Shown: piece after piece, positions 56,481 through 64,000 of the stretch
Numbering within the stretch: the stretch's first letter is position 1
Layout: the number at the start of each line of letters is the position of its first letter
Assembly: GCF_024223415.1 (NCBI RefSeq)
Contig: NZ_CP100500.1
Length of the DNA: 64,000 nt
DNA from: Escherichia coli
GTDB lineage: Bacteria > Pseudomonadota > Gammaproteobacteria > Enterobacterales > Enterobacteriaceae
Direction: 5' to 3' (one strand)
Program-made: the position numbers and the translations under genes
The notes under the pieces: model-generated
Databases searched by the model: none
Told to the model about the DNA's origin: nothing
The model's input: the letters and a program-made list of their open reading frames with translations, nothing else

Positions 56481-56984
56481 TTACTGATAGTGTTTTATGT
56501 TCAGATAATGCCCGATGACCTTGTCATGCAGCTCCACCGATTTTGAGAACGACAGTGACTTCCGTCCCAGCCTTGCCAGATGTTGTCTCAGATTCAGATT
56601 ATGTCGCTCAATGCGCTGAGTGTAACGCTTGCTGATAACGTGCAGCTTTCCCTTCAGGCGTGATTCATACAGCGGCCAGCCATCCGTCATCCATACCACG
56701 ACCTCAAAGGCCGACAGCAGGCTCAGAAGACGCTCCAGTGTGGCCAGAGTGCGTTCACCGAAGACGTGCGCCACAACCGTCCTCCGTATCCTGTCATACG
56801 CGTAAAACAGCCAGCGCTGACGTGATTTAGCACCGACGTAGCCCCACTGTTCGTCCATTTCAGCGCAGACAATCACATCACTGCCCGGTTGTATGCGCGA
56901 GGTTACCGACTGCGGCCTGAGTTTTTTAAGTGACGTAAAACCGTGTTGAGGCCAACGCCCATAATGCGTGCACTGGCGCGACAT
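56481..56984 (-). CDS. insB: IS1 InsB (transposase frame, normally expressed as InsAB' by -1 frameshift)
   Basis: ...[52 protein letters not shown]...[18 protein letters not shown]. Confidence 0.9.
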   Translation of the reverse strand: MSRQCTHYGRWPQHGFTSLKKLRPQSVTSRIQPGSDVIVCAEMDEQWGYVGAKSRQRWLFYAYDRIRRTVVAHVFGERTLATLERLLSLLSAFEVVVWMTDGWPLYESRLKGKLHVISKRYTQRIERHNLNLRQHLARLGRKSLSFSKSVELHDKVIGHYLNIKHYQ

Positions 56985-57178
56985 CCGACGCCATTCATGG
57001 CCATATCAATGATTTTCTGGTGCGTACCGGGCTGAGAGGCGGTGTAAGTGAACTGTAGTTGCCATGTTTTACGGCAATGAGAGCAGAGATAGCGCTGATG
57101 TCCGGCAGTGCTTTTGCCGTTACGCACCACGCCTTCAGTAGCGGAGCAGGAAGGACATCTGATGGAAATGGAAGCCAC
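56903..57178 (-). CDS. insA: IS1 InsA (91 aa)
   Basis: [91 protein letters not shown]. Confidence 0.95.
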   Translation of the reverse strand: MASISIRCPSCSATEGVVRNGKSTAGHQRYLCSHCRKTWQLQFTYTASQPGTHQKIIDMAMNGVGCRASARIMGVGLNTVLRHLKNSGRSR

Positions 57179-57233
57179 GCAAGCACCTTAAAATCACCAT
57201 CATACACTAAATCAGTAAGTTGGCAGCATTACC

Positions 57234-57242
57234 GACCAATTA
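57234..57242. repeat. IS1 target-site duplication (right copy, GACCAATTA)
   Basis: Identical to 56457..56465. Confidence 0.9.
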
Positions 57243-57550
57243 ATATTTTTATCATGAATGTTTTTTGCCCGTATTGTTCGGGTTAATTAATGTTACATAT
57301 TCAGCGGGCTGATTTTCATTTTTGCTGAATAAAGTCAATTTTTGTCACATTTCATCGTAGGGCTTACTGTGAAACGATCCGGTAAGCCGTTGGTGACGGG
57401 CGTGACCATAACTGTGGACAATCGAATTGACAAAAACGAGAGAAAAATCGAATACCCACCATTTTTAACGTTTCAAAGTTGCAATAAAAACCGCTAATAT
57501 ACGAATGACTAACTATCAGTAGCGTTATCCCTATTTCTGGAGATATTCCT

Positions 57551-58207
57551 TTGATCAACGTTCTACTTGTTGATGACCACGAACTGGTGCGCGCAGGGAT
57601 ACGACGCATTCTGGAAGATATAAAGGGTATAAAAGTCGTCGGTGAGGCATCGTGCGGTGAAGACGCCGTTAAGTGGTGCCGGACAAATGCCGTTGACGTG
57701 GTGCTAATGGACATGAGTATGCCGGGCATTGGCGGTCTTGAGGCGACGCGTAAAATCGCGCGTTCCACAGCTGATGTCAAAATCATCATGCTTACCGTCC
57801 ATACAGAAAACCCTTTACCAGCGAAAGTCATGCAGGCCGGTGCTGCGGGCTACCTCAGCAAAGGCGCGGCTCCGCAGGAAGTCGTGAGTGCGATTCGTTC
57901 TGTCTATTCAGGGCAGCGTTACATTGCTTCTGACATCGCTCAACAAATGGCGTTAAGCCAGATCGAACCAGAAAAAACAGAAAGCCCATTTGCCAGTTTG
58001 TCTGAACGTGAATTGCAGATTATGCTGATGATCACCAAGGGCCAGAAGGTCAATGAGATCTCAGAACAGCTCAATCTCAGTCCGAAAACGGTGAACAGCT
58101 ACCGCTATCGTATGTTCAGTAAACTAAACATTCATGGCGATGTTGAGCTGACTCACCTGGCAATTCGCCATGGTCTGTGTAATGCGGAGACATTATCAAG
58201 TCAGTGA
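57551..58207 (+). CDS. uvrY: Response regulator UvrY (218 aa)
   Basis: [44 protein letters not shown]..., LuxR-type HTH. Confidence 0.95.
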
Positions 58208-60036
58208 GTGATCAGTTTGACGCAAAAGCGTTTTTAAAAACCGTAACCAGCCAGCCAGGCGTTTATCGCATGTACGATGCTGGTGGTACGGTTATCTATG
58301 TCGGCAAAGCGAAAGACCTGAAAAAACGGCTTTCCAGCTATTTCCGTAGCAACCTCGCTTCGCGCAAAACCGAAGCGCTGGTCGCCCAGATCCAGCAAAT
58401 TGATGTAACGGTTACTCATACAGAAACCGAAGCGCTGTTGCTGGAACACAACTACATCAAACTCTATCAGCCGCGTTACAACGTTTTGCTACGCGATGAT
58501 AAATCTTATCCTTTTATCTTCCTGAGTGGCGATACCCACCCGCGTCTGGCGATGCATCGTGGTGCGAAGCATGCCAAAGGTGAATATTTCGGCCCGTTCC
58601 CGAATGGCTATGCCGTACGTGAAACACTGGCGCTACTGCAAAAGATTTTCCCCATTCGCCAGTGCGAAAATAGTGTTTATCGCAATCGCTCGCGTCCGTG
58701 TCTGCAATATCAGATAGGGCGCTGTCTGGGACCGTGCGTTGAAGGACTGGTGAGTGAAGAAGAATACGCTCAGCAGGTCGAGTATGTGCGCCTGTTTTTG
58801 TCTGGCAAAGATGATCAGGTGCTTACGCAACTCATTAGTCGTATGGAAACTGCCAGCCAGAATCTGGAGTTTGAAGAAGCGGCACGTATTCGCGACCAAA
58901 TTCAGGCGGTGCGACGCGTCACCGAAAAACAGTTTGTTTCCAATACCGGCGACGACCTTGACGTTATTGGTGTGGCGTTCGATGCGGGCATGGCTTGTGT
59001 CCACGTATTGTTCATTCGTCAGGGCAAAGTGCTCGGCAGCCGCAGCTATTTCCCGAAAGTGCCTGGCGGTACGGAACTGAGCGAGGTGGTAGAAACCTTC
59101 GTAGGTCAGTTCTATTTACAAGGCAGCCAGATGCGCACCTTACCGGGTGAGATCCTGCTCGATTTTAATCTTAGCGATAAAACGCTGCTCGCCGATTCCC
59201 TTTCAGAACTGGCGGGACGCAAGATTAATGTTCAAACCAAACCTCGCGGCGATAGGGCGCGTTATCTGAAACTCGCGCGCACCAATGCGGCGACGGCCTT
59301 AACCAGCAAACTTTCGCAGCAATCTACCGTTCACCAGCGACTGACCGCGCTTGCCAGCGTGTTGAAATTGCCGGAAGTGAAGCGGATGGAGTGCTTTGAC
59401 ATCAGCCATACCATGGGCGAACAAACCGTCGCTTCCTGTGTGGTGTTTGATGCTAACGGCCCGCTGCGTGCGGAGTATCGGCGCTATAACATTACAGGCA
59501 TCACGCCGGGCGATGATTATGCGGCGATGAATCAGGTGCTGCGTCGGCGTTATGGTAAAGCCATTGACGACAGTAAGATCCCGGATGTGATCCTTATCGA
59601 CGGCGGCAAAGGCCAGCTTGCGCAGGCGAAAAATGTCTTCGCCGAACTGGATGTCTCATGGGATAAAAATCATCCGCTGCTACTTGGCGTTGCCAAAGGA
59701 GCAGATCGTAAGGCTGGACTGGAAACGCTGTTCTTTGAGCCGGAAGGTGAGGGATTTAGTTTGCCGCCAGATTCACCCGCGCTGCATGTTATCCAGCATA
59801 TTCGCGATGAATCACATGATCACGCGATTGGCGGGCACCGTAAAAAACGGGCGAAGGTCAAAAATACCAGTTCCCTGGAAACCATTGAAGGCGTCGGGCC
59901 AAAACGTCGGCAAATGTTGTTGAAATATATGGGCGGTTTGCAAGGTTTACGTAACGCCAGCGTCGAGGAAATTGCAAAAGTGCCGGGTATTTCGCAAGGT
60001 CTGGCAGAAAAGATCTTCTGGTCGTTGAAACATTGA
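58204..60036 (+). CDS. uvrC: Excinuclease ABC subunit C UvrC (610 aa, GTG start overlapping uvrY stop)
   Basis: [47 protein letters not shown] (GIY-YIG domain). Confidence 0.95.
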
Positions 60037-60092
60037 TGTCTCTGTAGCAACATAGGGGTAATCTTACTGACAACAGATAGTTACCCGTCATT

Positions 60093-60641
60093 ATGCAATT
60101 TAATATCCCTACGTTGCTTACACTGTTCCGTGTCATCCTTATCCCATTCTTTGTATTGGTCTTTTATCTGCCTGTCACCTGGTCGCCGTTTGCCGCCGCG
60201 CTCATTTTCTGCGTCGCGGCGGTGACTGACTGGTTCGATGGTTTTCTGGCACGCCGCTGGAACCAGAGTACCCGGTTTGGTGCTTTCCTTGACCCTGTAG
60301 CAGATAAAGTTCTCGTGGCTATCGCCATGGTGCTGGTAACCGAGCATTATCACAGCTGGTGGGTGACCCTACCGGCGGCAACGATGATCGCCCGTGAAAT
60401 TATTATTTCTGCGCTACGCGAATGGATGGCGGAGTTGGGTAAACGCAGTAGCGTGGCTGTCTCCTGGATTGGGAAAGTGAAAACCACTGCCCAGATGGTG
60501 GCGTTGGCCTGGCTGCTGTGGCGTCCGAACATTTGGGTTGAGTACGCCGGTATTGCACTTTTCTTTGTGGCTGCGGTACTGACTCTGTGGTCAATGTTGC
60601 AATATTTGAGCGCTGCGCGTGCAGATTTGCTTGATCAGTGA
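60093..60641 (+). CDS. pgsA: CDP-diacylglycerol--glycerol-3-phosphate 3-phosphatidyltransferase PgsA (182 aa)
   Basis: [58 protein letters not shown] (CDP-alcohol phosphatidyltransferase motif). Confidence 0.95.
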
Positions 60642-60792
60642 TCGTTTCGGCGTAATTTTCAGCAAACGATCAAAAGTGGTGAAAAATATCGTTGACTCAT
60701 CGCGCCAGGTAAGTAGAATGCAACGCATCGAACGGCGGCACTGATTGCCAGACGATAATAAAATCAAGTGATTAACTGATTGCTTGATGAAT

Positions 60793-60868
<76 letters not shown>

Positions 60869-60922
60869 GTTTAAAAGACATCGGCCTCAAGCGGATGTCT
60901 GGCTGAAAGGCCTGAAGAATTT

Positions 60923-60996
60923 GGCGCGTTAACAAAGCGGTTATGTAGCGGATTGCAAATCCGTCTAGTCCGGTTCGACTCCGGAACGCGCCTCCA
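60923..60996 (+). tRNA. cysT: tRNA-Cys (GCA)
   Basis: GGCGCGTTAACAAAGCGGTTATGTAGCGGATTGCAAATCCGTCTAGTCCGGTTCGACTCCGGAACGCGCCTCCA. Confidence 0.95.
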
Positions 60997-61008
60997 CTTT
61001 CTTCCCGA

Positions 61009-61095
61009 GCCCGGATGGTGGAATCGGTAGACACAAGGGATTTAAAATCCCTCGGCGTTCGCGCTGTGCGGGTTCAAGTCCCGCTCCGGGTACCA
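61009..61095 (+). tRNA. leuZ: tRNA-Leu (TAA)
   Basis: GCCCGGATGGTGGAATCGGTAGACACAAGGGATTTAAAATCCCTCGGCGTTCGCGCTGTGCGGGTTCAAGTCCCGCTCCGGGTACCA. Confidence 0.95.
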
Positions 61096-61139
61096 TGGGA
61101 AAGATAAGAATAAAATCAAAGCAATAAGCAGTGTCGTGA

Positions 61140-61163
61140 AACCACCTTCGGGTGGTTTTTTTG
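61140..61163 (+). terminator. Intrinsic terminator of the glyW-cysT-leuZ tRNA operon
   Basis: AACCACCTTCGGGTGGTTTTTTT. Confidence 0.85.
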
Positions 61164-61290
61164 TGCCTGCAACTTGTCGTTACACCCTCCTTAATTTTTA
61201 ATCACCAGCAAAGCCACTCAAAAAGTATCTCTGATACGGACCGGCATGTAAGATAGGTGCTGGCGAGTTGAGATCCACAAGGAAAATCGT

Positions 61291-61956
61291 ATGAAAACGG
61301 GACCGTTAAACGAAAGTGAGTTGGAATGGCTGGACGATATTCTGACCAAATACAACACTGACCACGCCATCCTTGATGTGGCGGAGCTGGACGGTTTATT
61401 GACGGCGGTGTTGAGTTCTCCGCAAGAGATTGAACCGGAACAGTGGCTGGTTGCCGTGTGGGGTGGGGCTGACTATGTGCCGCGCTGGGCGTCAGAGAAA
61501 GAGATGACGCGCTTTATGAATCTGGCTTTTCAACATATGGCCGATACCGCAGAGCGTCTGAACGAATTCCCGGAGCAGTTTGAGCCGTTATTCGGCTTGC
61601 GAGAAGTTGATGGCAGCGAGCTGACGATTGTTGAGGAGTGGTGCTTTGGCTATATGCGGGGCGTGGCACTTTCTGACTGGTCAACGTTGCCCGATTCGTT
61701 AAAACCAGCGCTGGAGGCGATTGCGCTGCACGGTACTGAGGAAAACTTCGAGCGGGTAGAGAAAATGTCGCCAGAAGCGTTTGAAGAGAGCGTAGATGCC
61801 ATTCGACTGGCGGCGCTTGATCTACATGCGTACTGGATGGCGCATCCGCAGGAAAAAGCTGTTCAGCAACCGATCAAAGCAGAAGAGAAACCGGGGCGTA
61901 ACGATCCTTGCCCGTGCGGTAGTGGTAAGAAATTTAAGCAGTGCTGCCTGCATTAA
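61291..61956 (+). CDS. yecA: SEC-C motif / UPF0149 protein YecA (221 aa)
   Basis: [41 protein letters not shown]..., C-terminal [13 protein letters not shown] metal-binding motif. Confidence 0.9.
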   Translation: MKTGPLNESELEWLDDILTKYNTDHAILDVAELDGLLTAVLSSPQEIEPEQWLVAVWGGADYVPRWASEKEMTRFMNLAFQHMADTAERLNEFPEQFEPLFGLREVDGSELTIVEEWCFGYMRGVALSDWSTLPDSLKPALEAIALHGTEENFERVEKMSPEAFEESVDAIRLAALDLHAYWMAHPQEKAVQQPIKAEEKPGRNDPCPCGSGKKFKQCCLH

Positions 61957-62017
61957 GAGGTCAAATTGGGTGTCAGCGTTAATTCTGGCACCCAATAAGG
62001 AATTTGAGGCTATCTGA

Positions 62018-63229
62018 TCACCCCACTTCTGGTAACAACCCTGCCGCAATCAAAAATTGCACGCCAATCACAGCAATACCACAGAGAAACACCACCACCA
62101 GCGCCGGACGACCACCTTTCACCCGGTAACCCGCCTGAGGATTGTGCTTTCTGCTTTGCCAGGTCAACAGCGAAGGGATAATCAATGCCAGTACCGCCAG
62201 CGCCACACCGGCGTAACCCAGCGCCATCACAAATCCTCGTGGATAAAACAGTGCAAACGCCAACGGCGGCAGAAAGGTAATTGCACCAGTTTGCAACCGT
62301 CCACCAACGGTATTTGAACGCTGAAATAAATCAGCCAGATAATCAAATAAGCCTAACGCAACGCCGAGAAATGACGTGGCGAGGGCTAAATCAGCAAATA
62401 AATGCACTGCCAGCTCAACATGCGGAGAGGCCACCATTTCGCGTAACGCCTGTAACAGCCCGTTTAATCCAGCATGATTAGCCAGCAATCCCATAAAGGT
62501 TGTTGAATCAATGCTGCCAAGCGTTGCCACCTGCCAGAAAATATATGCCACCAAGGGGATCGCACTACCGGTTATAAACACCCAGCGTAGCTTACGAACG
62601 TTGCCATCCATATAGCTGACAATACTCGGCACGCTACCGTGAAAACCAAATGAGGTAAAAATCACCGGGATTGCTGACAGAGCCAGCCCCTGTTGCAACG
62701 GCAGGGTTAAAAGATTCACTTTGTGAATATGCGGTAGCAGCAATACCAGCATCACCACCAGAAAAATAATTTTGGCGCTGAACAGAAAACGGTTAAATAA
62801 ATCGACCAGCGATGTTCCAACACAAACCACGCCACCGGCAACAAAAGTGAACAACAGCACGCCAGCGGTTGCCGACATTGAAATACCTGTCCAGTCGCTG
62901 ATGCTGGAGGCCAACAATTCACCGGCACCGCTGATGTATGCCGCAGTCAGAGCATACATTAAGAACATCATACTGAAGCCCGTCAGCCATTGACCGTAGC
63001 GTCCCAGATAGCGTTTTGCCAGCGTGCCCAGACCGGTATCTGCCGGAACATGCTGGTACACCTCCAGCAGTAATAGCGCCGTGTAGCACATCAACGCCCA
63101 AAGCCCAATCAACAAGATTAACGTAACGCTAAAACCAACACCGGCCGCAGCCAGCGGCATTGCCAGCATGCCTGCGCCAATTGTGGTTCCCGCCACGATA
63201 AAAACACTTCCCAGGGTTCTGTTTTTCAC
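62018..63229 (-). CDS. tyrP: Tyrosine-specific transporter TyrP (403 aa)
   Basis: [76 protein letters not shown]... Confidence 0.9.
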   Translation of the reverse strand: MKNRTLGSVFIVAGTTIGAGMLAMPLAAAGVGFSVTLILLIGLWALMCYTALLLLEVYQHVPADTGLGTLAKRYLGRYGQWLTGFSMMFLMYALTAAYISGAGELLASSISDWTGISMSATAGVLLFTFVAGGVVCVGTSLVDLFNRFLFSAKIIFLVVMLVLLLPHIHKVNLLTLPLQQGLALSAIPVIFTSFGFHGSVPSIVSYMDGNVRKLRWVFITGSAIPLVAYIFWQVATLGSIDSTTFMGLLANHAGLNGLLQALREMVASPHVELAVHLFADLALATSFLGVALGLFDYLADLFQRSNTVGGRLQTGAITFLPPLAFALFYPRGFVMALGYAGVALAVLALIIPSLLTWQSRKHNPQAGYRVKGGRPALVVVFLCGIAVIGVQFLIAAGLLPEVG

Positions 63230-63419
63230 GCTTTCTTCTGTCCTGACGATCTTTATGAGTGATATCTGCGGCGCAGGTTAAGGCATAACGGCTGCTTCGT
63301 CAAACCGACGTTACATATGGTGTAAATATAAATGTACAATAAAAAGCATTCAGTCCTGCGCTGGCGCAAAGTCTTCATAAGCGGCAATCGCTACGCTAGG
63401 CTTTTTTTGAGGAGGGACG

Positions 63420-63659
63420 ATGGACTCTATTCACGGTCATGAAGTGTTAAATATGATGATTGAATCAGGCGAGCAATATACGCATGCCAGTCTGGAAGCT
63501 GCGATTAAAGCGCGTTTTGGTGAACAGGCACGTTTTCACACCTGCTCGGCAGAAGGGATGACAGCGGGAGAGCTGGTAGCGTTTCTGGCAGCAAAAGGCA
63601 AATTTATACCTTCGAAAGACGGTTTTTCGACCGTTCAGAGTAAGATTTGCCGTCACTGA
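63420..63659 (+). CDS. yecH: DUF2492 protein YecH (79 aa)
   Basis: MDSIHGHEVLNMMIESGEQYTHASLEAAIKARFGEQARFHTCSAEGMTAGELVAFLAAKGKFIPSKDGFSTVQSKICRH. Confidence 0.85.
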   Translation: MDSIHGHEVLNMMIESGEQYTHASLEAAIKARFGEQARFHTCSAEGMTAGELVAFLAAKGKFIPSKDGFSTVQSKICRH

Positions 63660-63663
63660 TTTG

Positions 63664-63690
63664 AAACGGCGGCAGTAAACCTGCCGCCGG
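63664..63690. terminator. Bidirectional terminator hairpin between convergent yecH and ftnA
   Basis: CGGCGGCAG-TAAAC-CTGCCGCCG. Confidence 0.6.
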
Positions 63691-63696
63691 AGAGCA

Positions 63697-64000
63697 TTAG
63701 TTTTGTGTGTCGAGGGTAGAGAGTTCTTTGTCGATAAAATACAGACCTTCGCCGCTTTTGCCTGCCAGGCTTAATTTATCAATAATCGATTTGAACAGTT
63801 TCTCTTCTTCATGCTGCTCAGAAACATACCATTGCAGGAAATTAAATGTTGGGTAGTCCTGATTGGTCATTGCAGCATGAGCCAGTTCGTTAATTTTCTG
63901 GGTGATTAATTGTTCGTGTTTATAGGTTTCCTGGAATAATTCATCAAGTGAGGAATATTCAGCAAACGGAGATTCAACGGTATTAATACGCGGTAAATTG
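63697..64000 (-). CDS. ftnA: Ferritin FtnA, C-terminal part only (5' end beyond window)
   Basis: Minus-strand translation ends ...LSTLDTQN-stop; upstream residues consistent with ferritin C-terminus ([54 protein letters not shown]). Confidence 0.8.

Larger units (their letters stand above)
56466..57233 (-). mobile_element. IS1 insertion sequence (768 bp), insA/insB on minus strand
   Basis: Terminal inverted repeats GGTAATGACTCCAACTTA... and ...TAAGTTGGCAGCATTACC; InsA and InsB ORFs; 9-bp TSD. Confidence 0.95.

Overview
This 64 kb window is an Escherichia coli-type chromosomal segment, collinear with (and inverted relative to) the K-12 ftnA to yeeJ region that contains the fli flagellar regulon. 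All gene calls rest on reading the translated ORFs and noncoding sequence directly and on remembered E. coli K-12 gene order and protein lengths; no database search was possible. Content from left to right: the 5' two-thirds of the adhesin gene yeeJ, asnT, mtfA, serU, zinT, msrQP, hiuH, hprRS, hchA, an intact yedS porin, yedR, yedJ, dcm-vsr, yedA, yedI, yodC, dgcQ, yedP, yodD, the sRNA DsrA, dsrB, rcsA, the fliFGHIJK and fliLMNOPQR operons, fliE, a variable island, yedKFED, amyA, fliDST, fliC, fliAZ, tcyJ, dcyD, tcyLN, sdiA, yecF, an IS1, uvrYC, pgsA, glyW-cysT-leuZ, yecA, tyrP, yecH and the 3' end of ftnA. I did not find a convincing previously undescribed multi-gene system. The most unusual locus is the fliE-yedK island (37020-41850): an emrE-ybcL-ybcM cargo module, about 0.9 kb of AT-rich non-coding DNA with a 20-bp tandem duplication, and an IS200/IS605-family element with a nonsense-disrupted tnpA but an intact tnpB whose right end abuts the yedK stop codon. 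Other departures from the K-12 layout are an IS1 with a perfect 9-bp target duplication in the yecF/uvrY promoter region, an apparent 1-bp frameshift in yodC, absence of yodB, near-identical 609-bp tandem repeats in yeeJ, and a non-K-12 flagellin allele.
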